A stretch of 64,000 nucleotides of DNA from Eledone cirrhosa (Eukaryota): the NCBI GenBank assembly GCA_964016885.1, contig OZ024757.1, positions 29,388,001 to 29,452,000 of the forward strand, in the 5' to 3' direction. Positions 36,836-51,641 of this stretch are shown here, piece after piece. The notes beneath the pieces were generated by a model. The model was not told the origin of the DNA. It saw nothing but the letters and a program-made list of their open reading frames with translations, and made no database searches. How positions within the stretch are numbered: the first letter of the stretch is position 1; every line of letters starts with the position of its first letter. Both the position numbers and the translations under genes were made by a program.

Positions 36836-37993
36836 AACAGAAGAAGAGAAGAGAAAAATTGGAAAAATTGGACTATACCGTGTCAGATATAGAACGTTTT
36901 TGAATTGCATACAGGGAGGAGGGGGACATATAGAAGTTGTTTTTAATATAGACGAGGCAACGAATTAAGCGTAATAGTTGAGGATGTATATAGTGTAATG
37001 GAGAGCATTTACGTGTGAAGTATGTTCATGCAGGTGTATCAAAAGAGACTATTTAGTGTGTAAGAGCAAGGCTGAGTGCAAGGAGGAGGAAATCTGCATA
37101 GTGGTATAACAAGCATTGATAGGAATAAGACATAATATTAGTGGTGATATAAGCAAAGTGTGATAGAGGAAACTTTTGATAAGTTGAGTATAAGTGATGT
37201 ATATAAATATATTTATAAATGTATGTATGCATGAAAGTAATGTGTATGAATGTAATATGTATGTATGTATGTGTGTATGTATGTACATATATGGTGATGG
37301 TGTAAGATCAATTGCATTTGTTTTTTATTAAAACTAAGCTTCGTATCAAATCTGATAAAAGTAAGATATAAAGTCACAAACTGAGATAAATACACGCATA
37401 CACACACATATAAACACACACACATACACACGCACGCACACATATATACATATATAAATATACATGTATATCTATATATATATAGAGAGAGAGATATACA
37501 TGTATATATATAAGCATATGTACACACTAACGCACTATAAACTTACAGGTTTGTAGTTTATGTGTGAAAGTATACGTAGGTACAAGCACAAGGAGCAACG
37601 AAGGAAACATTTGAAAATTGCTAAATATTTGAATAGAGATAGAGATATGTAGATTGGGTAGATAGATGGGTAAACAAATAGATAATTTGATAACTAAACA
37701 ACGGTATAAATACATAAAATACATAGATATCCGTACACACATAAGCATACACACAGATACATACTCTCAAAGGCAGTGTGATTGTGTTAAGAATCAATAT
37801 TTAGGTGAATAGATAGGATAGATAGATAGATAAGTTACTTTAGAAAAAAATACACGTAAATTTTGTTAAAAATTCTAATAAATGGAATTGTTTTATCACC
37901 ACACTTATTGGATATTAAAGTCATTGAATTACTTTCGATATATTTCCTAATGTACATATACGTGTTTATATATGTTTTTACACACGTACTTAT

Positions 37994-38028
<35 letters not shown>

Positions 38029-38088
38029 GTATTATATACTTTCGTTTCTAACTAAATTTACAATCAAACAATACATATAAATATATAA

Positions 38089-38151
<63 letters not shown>

Positions 38152-38277
38152 TATAGAAAGAAGCAGATAGATATACGATTTTACTAACTTTTATATATAT
38201 ATATATATATATATACATACATACATACATACATACATACATACATACATACATACATACATACATACATACATACA

Positions 38278-38308
<31 letters not shown>

Positions 38309-38532
38309 TCATATATATGAGGTTTATTAATATGTAAATATAATATATTCGAGAAATCTATTATTTCATCTTATGAAACATTAGATATCGATGTTTCCTA
38401 TGTAATTTAACTGGCAGATAGAAGATAAATACGTTACATAGTATTGGGTTACACACACTGGTTTTGGCTTATGTTCTGGCAATCTCTTGTTAGTTGTACT
38501 AACAGAAAAAGCCCATGCACAGAGATACAGAT

Positions 38533-38576
<44 letters not shown>

Positions 38577-38633
38577 GCATACATATAAATATATATATAT
38601 ATATACATACGTAGATATATATAATTCTATACA

Positions 38634-38665
<32 letters not shown>

Positions 38666-38708
38666 ATTAAAAAGAACAGAAAGATGCAGTAAAAGAGATT
38701 TATTCGGT

Positions 38709-38823
38709 TCTTACGTACGTTTCAATAGACATCTATTTGCCTAGATTTCGCTACATCTATAATATTATATATTTAGTAGAGCATTCGATATCCAATGCAC
38801 AATCGATCCCATATCATCAGAGA
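38709..38823 (-). ncRNA. Hammerhead-like motif with an about 90-nt stem II insertion
   Basis: Minus strand TCT-CTGATGA-(about 90 nt)-GAAAC-GTAC-GTA-AGA, then AATAAA and a microsatellite. Stem III is the palindrome ACGTACGT. Confidence 0.55.
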
Positions 38824-39065
38824 TTATATATATAGATAGATAGATAAATATACCCGGGTGTGTATGATTGTGTATAGAAGATTATATTAATAAGAGGCAT
38901 TCCAACTTTGTCTGATTTACACGTTTTATTTACAATCCTTTAAAATTTATAATGGTATTATAATGAAATAGTATGATAGAATATTAAATTCTAAGTGTTA
39001 ATTGAACAAGTACTTTCATGATTTCGCAATACATATACATACACCCACGTAGATATATATAATTC

Positions 39066-39154
<89 letters not shown>

Positions 39155-39299
39155 TTACAGCTAGATCCGAACCATTTCCTGTTACCCACTCTACTACCCT
39201 ATGTATCGAGTACCTGGTTTCTTACCACACTTTCTTTGCTATATATATATATGAATATATATATATATACATTCGATCGACAAGATCCTAAACCTCATT

Positions 39300-39495
39300 C
39301 GCTTAACAATTGACGTGGAGCTCGCCATATCGGACCGAGAAAACAATGTTTCCATTGGTCTTTCCAATTGCTATTACTATCTGTCGGACGCAACTCCAGG
39401 CAGAAGGAGCAACGTGAAATAAAAGTGTGTTGCTCAGAGTCATAAAGCATCGGCCGGGCTGGGAATTGAACTTACAACCTCACGACTGCGAATAT
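39300..39495 (-). mobile_element. CORE-like SINE family F
   Basis: Matches 17520-17722. Confidence 0.75.
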
Positions 39496-39570
39496 ATACA
39501 TTTATGTTCGCAATCGTAACAACCCCGTCTAAACCTATTTTCTGCAATATATTTATATATATATATACAA

Positions 39571-39605
<35 letters not shown>

Positions 39606-39721
39606 ACACAGCCCCTGTTTCTTCAAAAAAATTGATACATATATATTTATGATATATATAATTATGATATATATATATATTTATGATTTATATATTTATG
39701 ATATATATATATATATATATA

Positions 39722-39860
39722 CTCTGGTACTCAATACTTAGGGTAGTATAGTGGGTAATAGGAAAATGTATGACCCCGACGGCAGAGTTCAAGCTGTTTC
39801 GAAGGCTATTTCCAGAAATAGACGTCGAAACAGCTTGAGCTCTGCCGTCAGGGTTATACA
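39722..39860. mobile_element. Family B element with hairpin (39767-39860)
   Basis: gtactcaatacttagggtagta.agtgggtaataggaaaa, then inverted arms tgaccccgacggcagagttcaagctgtttcga / tcgaaacagcttgagctctgccgtcagggtta. Confidence 0.8.
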
Positions 39861-39890
39861 TATATATAAAATTATATGTATAAATATATG

Positions 39891-39946
<56 letters not shown>

Positions 39947-39956
39947 ATTATATGTA

Positions 39957-39992
<36 letters not shown>

Positions 39993-39993
39993 A

Positions 39994-40026
<33 letters not shown>

Positions 40027-40027
40027 A

Positions 40028-40134
<107 letters not shown>

Positions 40135-40135
40135 A

Positions 40136-40183
<48 letters not shown>

Positions 40184-40243
40184 ATAATTATATGTATATA
40201 TATTTATATATATAATTATATGTATATATATTTATATATATAA

Positions 40244-40275
<32 letters not shown>

Positions 40276-40516
40276 TTATAATAGGTATATACTTATATAT
40301 GTATATATAATTATAATAGGTATATACTTATATATATATATATTTATGCATGTATATTTATAATAAATATATATATTCATTATATATATATATGTATGTA
40401 ATAAATATATATATATATATAATTATAATAGGTATATACTTATATATATATATATTTATGCATGTATATTCATAATAAATATATATATTCATTATATATA
40501 TATATATATGTATGTA

Positions 40517-40573
<57 letters not shown>

Positions 40574-41154
40574 CAAAAGGGATGTTAAATTTGTTGGTAA
40601 TTCAACAAATATAAATGTTTATAACTGATTCAAAGCACTCCACAAGTTTTCTGGAGTATAATATTCAATGATATTAAATAAATGGAAACTATATTTACAA
40701 AACCATATTTATTCTATTATATATATTTCAAGGATACCAAAGCTGTAAGTAATGTAGTCATGTCATTATAACCATTTCTTCCACCAACAATACCACCACC
40801 ACCACCACACCCTTTCCATCATACCACCATTCCTACCATCAACTACCTCGACCACCACCACCAACAACAACACTACTTCCAACACCATTACCCCACCAGC
40901 ACCACCACCAAAAACAACGCTACCTCCACCCCCGCCACTACCTGCATCACTATATACAACAACAGCAGTACCAAGGCTGCAATCATCGTAATCTTTCCAT
41001 CACCATCAATCACCGTATGGATATGAACATTCTAATTGAAAAAAGCATGACGTGTCCATATTGGATCAACGAATTTGGAAATATGATACAGAACTAGCAG
41101 TTATTATGCGAAAATTACGCAACAAACAGAACAGTACAAGATAATTCCAGAGAG

Positions 41155-41830
41155 CGTTCGTGTGTACATGACTGCATTCGTATGTATATGACTGCGTTCG
41201 TATGTATATGATTGTGTTTTTGTGTGTACATGACTGCATTCGTGTGTATATGACTGCGTTCGTATGTATATGACTGTATTTTTGTGTGTACATGACTGCA
41301 TTCGTGTGTATATGACTGTGGGTTCGTGTGTGTATGGCTGCGTTCGTGTGTGTATAACTGTATTCGTGTGTATCTGAGTGTGGGTTCGTGTGTATGTGTT
41401 TGCGTTCGTGTGTGTATGAGTGTAAGTTCGAGTGTGTATAAGAAGTGCGTTCGTGTGTGTATGACTGCGTTCGTGTGTATATGATTTTGGGTACGTGAGT
41501 ATGACTGTGGGTTCGTGTGTATGTGTTTGCGTTTATGTGTGTATGAGTGTCCGTTCGTGTGTATATGAGTGCGTTCGTGTTTGTATGACTGTACGTTCGT
41601 GCGTATATGATTGTACGTTCGTGTGTATATGATTATTATGCGTTCGTGTGTATATAACTGCGTTTGTCTGTGTATGACTGTACGTTCGTGTTTATATGAT
41701 TGTACGTTCGTGTGTATATGATTATGCGTTCGTGTGTATATGACTGCGTTCGTGTCTATGAGGGTGGGATCGTGTGTATGTATGTGTATGCGTACGTGTA
41801 TCACTTTGCGTTCGTATGCGAGTATTTCTG
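41155..41830. repeat. Degenerate about 20-bp minisatellite (GTGTATATGACTGCGTTCGT)n
   Basis: Recurrent atgactg..ttcgtgtg units. Confidence 0.85.
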
Positions 41831-42900
41831 CTACCGTGGCTATTTGCTGGTGCATTCCTGTTTGTGCGTTCTAACGCGCGTGCATGTGTGTGTGCACGTG
41901 TGTGGGTGCTCGTGTGTGTGTGCTTGTGTGTTGGCGAATGCGTGCATGTTATCGTGCATATGAACATGTTCCTGTGTGTCATGGTGCACGCATTCATGTA
42001 TGCATTCTTGCATGCATGCATGCATGCGGGCATGCGTTCGTTCAATTTCTAGATGTGATTTTCAATAATATGTATTACATGTATCTATATATCAATTTCT
42101 GTGCTTCTGTCACAACACGTAAAGAGAGAGGTGTAGTTTGATTACCTCATACTACTCCTCTCTCTTTACGTCTGCTGCCTGCGTGAATGCATGTGTGTGT
42201 AAAAGGAAGGAGAAGGGGGGGGGGGGGGAATAAACATAGCAAAATGACGGCTGGCATTCCATTTGTTATGCTATATATGTGTGTATGTGTCTACGTGAAT
42301 GTATGTGTGTGTTTGTGTGAATGTATGTATGTGTTGTGCGAGTTTATGTCTGAGTGTGTATTTTTGTAAATGTGTGTGTTTGTGTTTGCAAATTTATATT
42401 TATATACTCATAACTCGAAATGTACCCATATGCACACACACACACACACACGTACACACGCACATATATATATATATATACACACACACATACATGTCAG
42501 CGTGTTGAAGAATACCCTACTGAATGATATGTTAATATTATTCAGTAGGGTATTCTTTTGGGCAATAGGGAATACATGCCAACATACATGTACTTTGTTT
42601 GCATCAGCGAAACGGAAATGACAACAACCACAGTCTCATGTTGCAACGTTATCAGGCTAAAATTACTTTACTCAAAAATACAGCGAAAGCTATTTCTATT
42701 AAATTTCAAACTTCGCTCACTGAGGTCAATACTCTCCTTTTCCATTTTTTAGAGGGTTTTAACCCCCACTATCTGGCTAAAATTACTTTAGTAAAAGATA
42801 TGGTGAAAGCTTCTAATTCTTCTAAATTTCAAACTTCCTTCATTTTTCAAAACAAACTTACTTGTCATTTATAACTGTGTTTCTTTTTTGTATTTTTCAG

Positions 42901-43157
42901 AGGAAAGTGGGCTCACTATCAATAAGAAATGTGGCACTGGACCGTGTCATGTCGGAGCAGCCAACAATCGTGTGCTTGGCTGGGCAAGTCAATGTGAAAA
43001 AGACAAGCCTGAATGGAAATGTGAGTTTTGCTGTTCGACTGATGGCTGCAATCGGAGTGGAGCCTCTAACAGTCGGATTGGCAAGTTTTTCATTGCAGTC
43101 TTGATTGTACTGTCGATGTTGATGTCTACGTCCCTGGCAAGTGGCCAGCGCATGTAA
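42901..43157 (+). CDS. Ly6/uPAR LYPD6-like protein, last coding exon (C-terminal half of LU domain plus GPI-type hydrophobic tail)
   Basis: Acceptor ttcttttttgtatttttcAG ends at 42900, phase 1, in frame with the 26195-26329 exon (A+AG=K). Reads KESGLTINKKCGTGPCHVGAANNRVLGWASQCEKDKPEWKCEFCCSTDGCNRSGASNSRIGKFFIAVLIVLSMLMSTSLASGQRM*. Has the CCxxxxCN LU signature, an NRS sequon, small residues and then a hydrophobic tail. AATAAA at about 43383. Confidence 0.92.
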
Positions 43158-43731
43158 ACTATGTCTAATGCCCTGCTAAACTAAGTGAGTGACTTAACCC
43201 ACTCACATGGGCACACAACTGGATTGATTACTGCTTATAGCTAGCCGAAAAAGGCTCACAGTGACCAACCATAGCCAACACCGACATATAGTCTAGCTCC
43301 GTCTGACGGCCATATTGGAAACATTGATGGGAGAAAGAAAGTAAGAAAGAACGTGCGAACGAAAGAAAGCAAATAAGTAAAAAATAAAATTGAAGAATTA
43401 AAATAAAATCTCAAAATATACAAAAATGAAGAAGAAAACAACAAAAAAAACAACAACTAAGTATATACTACAGAATATAACGCAAAAAGAAAACAAAAAA
43501 AAACACAGGAGACTTTGGAAGAAACTGAAGCAATTTATAATAAAAATAAGTGAAATTATTACTAGGAAAGATATGAATAATATTAAGGTTACTACTACTA
43601 CTACGACTACTACTACTACTACAACTACTACTACTATAACTACTACTGCTATGAGTATATATATCAATAGAAACGAAAAAAATAATTGTTATCTATCTAT
43701 ATTAAATATTGAAATATTACAATAATATATA

Positions 43732-43773
<42 letters not shown>

Positions 43774-43921
43774 ATATAGATATATATATATATATGCATA
43801 TATATGCATATATATATGTATACACGTATGTATACATATATATGTATGCACATATAAGTATACACAATATACATGTACATATATATACATATGTATGTAT
43901 ATATATATGTATATATATATG

Positions 43922-43960
<39 letters not shown>

Positions 43961-44978
43961 GATATATATATATGATATATATATATGATATATATAATGT
44001 ATACATATAAAGATGCATATAAACATTTATACTTAAATATATATATACATACCATATACAGACATATATATATATACACAACACAAGTATTTGAGAGATA
44101 CAATAACTAAATGTATATGATGGACAAGTGTATGTAAGTAACCATGAAAAAAAGAAAAACGAAAAAAAAAATGAAAAATGAGAAGAAAAAGAAAGAAAAA
44201 ATTGGTATAATTTGTTATAGGTTTCAAAAGTAATATTTTACTATAATACAGAACGTAACTATATATATCCATATATATATTTATATTGTTATATATATAC
44301 ACGCATAAATATATATACTTACATATATATTCATATTGTTATATATACACGCATAAATATATATACTTACATATATATATATATTGTTATATATATATAC
44401 ATGTGTATATATATATATATATATACTGTTATATATACATAAATATATATATATAGCCCCTACAAAACGCTGAGTAAATGTTACGTAATATTTCACGTTC
44501 GGTCAAGGGACAAGTTGAAATTGGTTGTGTTCTTTCGACATATACATATCTATATAACCATGCATATATATATATATATATATATATATACTGATATATA
44601 TATATATAATTAAATATATATATACATATATATTTACGTATTATATAAACATATATAATATCCATATATATACTATATATACTATACATATTAATGAGGT
44701 GCTTGCTGGGAAAGTTACTGCATTCCCCTTCCTAATCCCTTTCGTAATCCTCATTGGCTATTCTGTAAACCACAAATCTTACGAACCCCCTATGACAAAT
44801 GTTGCACAAATCAAGTATACCTAACACGGTGATACAATTGCACTGCTGCAGATTTATATGTGTATGTGTGCATCAATGTATGTACTTATTGTATCTATGT
44901 ACATATGCATATATGCTTCTACGTACATACGTCTATGTAAACATATATATATATATTTATATATTTATATGAACATAC

Positions 44979-45016
<38 letters not shown>

Positions 45017-45115
45017 CTATGAACATACGTCTATGTAAACATATTATATCTATATATATATATATGCATACGTACTTATACATATGTATATATATATATA
45101 TACATATAAACGTAT

Positions 45116-45166
<51 letters not shown>

Positions 45167-45779
45167 CGTTTATATATATATATATATATATACATATGTA
45201 TAAATACGTATGCATATATGTATAGATATATGCATACATGCATGTACGTAAGTACATACATATGTATACCTTTACGTACGTAGGTATGGACGTATTTATG
45301 TGTATATGCTTACATGTTTATATATATACTGAACCTTAATGCATATAAGAAGATATCTAGATTTGCTTCGTTCGTTCGGTTATCTTCTATTATATATGGA
45401 AAAAGAAAATAAAGCAGACAATACGCAAACGAAAGACATACTGGAAGAAGGACTGAAGTCAGCATAACAAAACAAAACAACCCCCCCACCAAAAAAAAAA
45501 AAAATGTTTAAAAAAAAACGAAAGAAACGAAAAACAACTAAGTATAGTGTATAGTATAGAATATAGGAATATAGGGTTATGAACATATTCATACTGATTC
45601 GTTAAAAAAACTATCACTATATTTACTACTACTACTAATAATAATAATAATACTACTACTAATAATAATAATGCTATTACCCCTAATACTACTACTGCTA
45701 CTACTGCTACTACTACTATTACTACCAGTAATATTAATAATATTAATAATACTACTTCTACTACTACTACTAATAATAA

Positions 45780-45862
45780 TGATTTCATTTATTGGCCACA
45801 AGGGCCGACATATAGGGGACAATACAAAGACACAGCCAGGGGAGGCTTACAATAAACTCGAG
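45780..45862 (-). mobile_element. LINE 3'-tail fragment inside an (AAT)n/(ACT)n tract
   Basis: Minus strand ...cccttgtggccaataaatgaaatcattatt, the same terminus type as 46372-46763. Confidence 0.6.
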
Positions 45863-45870
45863 TAATAATG

Positions 45871-45907
<37 letters not shown>

Positions 45908-45914
45908 TATTAAT

Positions 45915-45945
<31 letters not shown>

Positions 45946-46330
45946 TTAATAATGTTTTTATTGGGTACAATGGAAGAAATTTCTCCTATTGGACGTTTCT
46001 GCATATATATATATACATACCATATATGGACATATATATTATACACACATACAAGTATTTCAGAAATACATTAACTAAATGTATATGATGGACAAGTCTA
46101 TTGGACACTAAAAAAGGGAAATAGAGTCGAAAAATATAAATAGGATATAATGCGGCAACAGTGGAGGTAAGGCGGATTACTTTGTGTAAAAGGGTAGTAT
46201 AATAACAATAAAAATACGTTAATAAATAGATAACATTCAACAGAAATAACAATCCTGAACAAGCTAAGAATCAGAAAATATTAAAATAAATTATAATCCT
46301 CTTACAAATAATAAATAAATAAATAAATAC

Positions 46331-46369
<39 letters not shown>

Positions 46370-46371
46370 TA

Positions 46372-46763
46372 ATGGTTTCTTTATTGGTCACAAGGGATAA
46401 CGCGAAGAAAAACATTACAGACGGCACATAAAGGTATAGGATGATAGAAAGTGGGTTTTATACGTGTAAATAAGGTTATAACAAGAAAATAGAAATGTGT
46501 TAAAACAAATTAAAAATTTTCAAACAACAAAACTTCTCTAATACGGGGGACACCTCCGAGGGTCACTCGTGGCGAAAATCTACACAAAAGACCACAGCCA
46601 TCCTGACCACCAGGGCAAGCACCCGCTCTCATTCTCCCACTCTTCAGTCTACAGGCGCATACTCAGAGCGGGTCCCGTTCACTCGGACCAGACTGAACAA
46701 CTTTCATCCACCTTTCAACAAACATACTAGAAGACAGCACTTGCCTCTCCACCCCGATTTTCC
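46372..46763 (-). mobile_element. L1/Tx1-like LINE 3' end inserted in (AAT)n
   Basis: Minus strand RKIGVERQVLSSSMFVERWMKVV (resembles an L1/Tx1 ORF2 C-terminus), then a 3' UTR ending cccttgtgaccAATAAAgaaacc-(att)n. (AAT)n lies on both sides. Confidence 0.65.
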
Positions 46764-46807
<44 letters not shown>

Positions 46808-47177
46808 TTAAGTTCCCATCAATGATAAAATATGTCCAAGAAAAATATGTGAAAATTCCCAAATGATAATAGAATTAGTTAAAAAGTGGACATTACAAAC
46901 CAAAACGATCCTTTGAATAACAATATGCTCTTAGGGTGAAAAGTATCTCAATACACATAAATATATAACAAACATAACATAGAGAAAATAGCGTGATTAG
47001 GTACATAACATTTGTTATCTCAAGAAAACAGGAATAAAAAAAGGCCAAAAATAACGAAACGAAAACACAAAAAGATAAGAGTGCCGCCGCACTCCGTTGT
47101 GCAATAAGAGCTAACAATAAGAATATAATACACCAATTCAAAAATATATAAGAACAGCAAAGCAACAAATAACGAAG

Positions 47178-47241
<64 letters not shown>

Positions 47242-47781
47242 TAAAAGTAAATACGGTCATGTGTAAACATATATACGTACTAAAGTGTATTATATAGTAA
47301 TATCCGAACAATAATTTCCCTTTATTAGGTTCTTATTATGAATATATATATATATGTAAATGAATAGTAATAAAAGGATTGTAGGGAAAAAAACTAAATA
47401 AGATAAATCAGTAGAAATTCTATGAGATAAAACATAGTATACAATGTTCACGTTTTTCTTTCGTTGATCTAAATATATATATATACATAACTGTCATAGC
47501 AAAATATTTATGGTAGTTATTAAGCTTTATGTATACGAACTCAGTGCACCCAAGAAGAAGAATGAAATATGAAAGAGAAAAATTCAAAAGAGTTCCTTAA
47601 ATACTCTGATTATATCAAGGATATGAATCAAGACATATGGGTGTCTTCTTTCCCAGCAGGCACCATTTACCGGAAATCGGAAATACCGAGTTATTTTTCC
47701 ATTTGTAGAAACATCACATATATATATATAAACACATATGTATATGTACGTGTATACGTCTATATACATATGTTTATACAG

Positions 47782-47877
<96 letters not shown>

Positions 47878-47973
47878 GAGTGTGTATGTATGTATCTATA
47901 CAGATATATACATTCAACATCTCGAAAATTAATAATCAGCTTTCGTATTATGTACATACATATATACATTATG

Positions 47974-48016
<43 letters not shown>

Positions 48017-48173
48017 CTATGTATATATATATTCATATATATATAATCCTATATATTTATTTAAACAGAAATATATATATATATCTATCTATCTATCCTA
48101 AATACAAATATATATATATTAATACATATATATATATATCATAAACATATATATCAAAATATATATAAATACT

Positions 48174-48226
<53 letters not shown>

Positions 48227-48425
48227 TATTCGCACATGGGTGTATTATTTTATAATCATGCTACATGGCTCACAGACCATTCATTGAATGTTTTCTACAC
48301 GTTAAAGCTTCCACAAATATATTACAATATACAACGCTTCAGTCATTTTCTCAAATTTTAGATAAATTGCATTCCATCGTATTATCCGTATTTGCAAAGA
48401 ACATTTTACAGTACTGGCTGTTGTC

Positions 48426-48465
<40 letters not shown>

Positions 48466-48553
48466 CTGCTTCAAATGCACTCTTATCGTCAAATCCTAAC
48501 ATATATCAAACCATAAAACTACTTATCTGTAAACCTATATACATGTATATATA

Positions 48554-48607
<54 letters not shown>

Positions 48608-48837
48608 TTATATATACATATATATACATAAATATATATATAAATATGTATATATATATATATACACATATATATATATATATATAAATAAATATATATA
48701 AATATATATATATATATACACTTATATATATATATACATACATGTTTAGATACGTAAATATATATGGATGTTTCTAGAGATGTATTGGCATAATATTGTA
48801 AGTATATATGTATATATATATATATATACACATATAT

Positions 48838-48946
<109 letters not shown>

Positions 48947-49368
48947 TATTTTATTTTTATCTTGTCTGGTGTGATAATTTTTGATGTTGTTTTCTATCGT
49001 TCTGTTACGGCTTATAAAGTAGCAAGACGTTTGAAAAAAGAATGCTTAGAAATAAAACAAACTTCACAAGTTATTGAGAACACATTATAAAAGAACAAAA
49101 ACGAAAGAAAAAAAATTATGGAATACACACAGGAAAGAAAATATTCATATTTATTTTGTTTAGAAACATTTTCAGTGTGAACATAAACCTTGGTTTTTGA
49201 ATGTTACGCCATTTTATTTATTTATTTATTTATCTATTTATCTATTTATTTATTTATTTATCTATTTATCTATTTATTTATTTTAATCCGATTAATATAT
49301 TTACCCCTAGTATTATCACCATTGTTAATGTTGATTATTATTATTATTATTATTATTATTATAAAGGG

Positions 49369-49843
49369 AGGTGGATTGACAGTATCGGTAGACGGTCGGA
49401 CGCCATGCTTTGCAGCATAGAGTTACGCCCCTTTATGGTCTGAGTTCAAATCCCGCCAAGGTTAACTTTGCCTTTCATCCTTGAGGGGTCGATAAAATAA
49501 AGTACCAGTCACGCACTGGGGTCGATTTAATCGACTTTCCCCTTCCTTTCTGGCCTTGTGCCTATATAAGAAACCATTATTATTATGATTACCATCATTA
49601 TCATTATTAACATCGTCGTCTTCAGGGCCGTGGATTTTGCAGAATCGTTAGAGCGTCGGACAAAGTGCTTTGCGGCATATAGTTACGGCCCCTTACGTTC
49701 TGAGTACAAATCACGTCGAAGTCAACTTTGCCTTTCATCCATACGTAGGCGATAAAATAAAGTACCAGTCAAGTACTGGGGTCGATATGATCGACCTTCC
49801 TCCCCCATTAATCGCCAGCTTTCTATCTAACTTATAGACCATG
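49369..49843 (+). mobile_element. Two tandem SINE family A copies (49369-49578, 49627-49843)
   Basis: Both show the A/B-box-like head, the gcctttcatcc...gataaaataaagtaccagtca core and an (att)n-rich tail. Confidence 0.9.
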
Positions 49844-49863
49844 TTTATTATCATCCTAAATGA

Positions 49864-49899
<36 letters not shown>

Positions 49900-50250
49900 C
49901 GTGGTTATGATTATTTGCGTGTAACCCATGCGTTTTCCTGTTTCTCTAAAGTCTCACAGCACAATGTATTATATATATATATTTGCTTAAACATCCTATT
50001 ATCCTATTGGCTACATTCAATGATCGTTCCATCGTCGAGGATGCTTCTAAGGGTAAACCACATGACCATCACAGTCCCACCACCAAGCGGAGAAAAGTCT
50101 GGAAAAGAAGTATTCTAAACACATACCAACCGACAAATATATTAATTTCAACAGGAATAAAATAAAAAACCGAAAAAAAATAACATAATAAATCCATGTA
50201 AAAAAAGTATTATTCAACCGATAGGAAACTGCTTCTATTCGAGATATGGA

Positions 50251-50282
<32 letters not shown>

Positions 50283-50408
50283 TTACTACTACCACCACTA
50301 CTAACTGAGAAAGTAATATTCACTGATACTGACTTGTCACAATTGATTACTTCGATTATATATATATATACATATATATCTATATATATATATCTATATC
50401 TATATATC

Positions 50409-50442
<34 letters not shown>

Positions 50443-50496
50443 TATACATATATATCTATATATATATCTATATCTATATATATATATATGTATATA

Positions 50497-50530
<34 letters not shown>

Positions 50531-51309
50531 CATATATATATACATATATATATATATATACATATATATATACATATATATCTATATCTATATATATATA
50601 AGTATATACATAAATATATATTTATATATATATATATATATATAAGTATATACATATATATATATTTATATATATATATATATATATAAGTATATACATA
50701 TATATATATTTATATATATATATATATATATAAGTATATACATATATATATATTTATATAAGTATATACATACATATATACTTATATATATATATAAATA
50801 TATATATAAGTATATACAGATATATATATTTATATATATATATAAGTATATAAGTATATACAGATATATATATATATAAGTATATACATATATATATATA
50901 TATAAGTATATACATATATATATATATATAAATATATATATATATACCGATATAACCGATTAATCGAACCATATCCGAATAAAGTATGATAAAATTCATA
51001 CAAACTAAAAAGAAAATTCAAAAGTTGAAAGACATTGAAAGCCGACATTTTGTATCATTAATTTGTTTTTTCCCGCCAAACTACGGAAATAATTTCAATG
51101 CTCTTATAAATAGTTATTCTCATATATGTCAATGCTTACTTGAAATTAGTTACTTGCATTTGAAATTTTTCAAAATTTTTCTCATAATGTCCAATATAAT
51201 TCGTTTACATATACATATGAAATTTTTGAACATAAATGTGGACATAATTCTCATATATATATATATATATACGTGATTGAAGATAAAAAATACAAACGCA
51301 GATAACAAA

Positions 51310-51368
<59 letters not shown>

Positions 51369-51606
51369 GCGTGTGTGTGTGTTTGTTATCGGTTTTAATA
51401 GACCGGAATGTTTTGAAATGGAATCAGAACGTCTGAATAACCCAAGAATTGGTTGTCAACAGAATAGAGAAAAAACAAACAAACCTAAAACTAAGACCTA
51501 ACAAAAAATAGTCTATCGAGAAGATACACAATTTCTGTTTTTCCTCCGTTATCTTGCTATATTCGTATCGCAGATAAACATATTTCTTATGATATCCACA
51601 AAAGAT

Positions 51607-51641
<35 letters not shown>

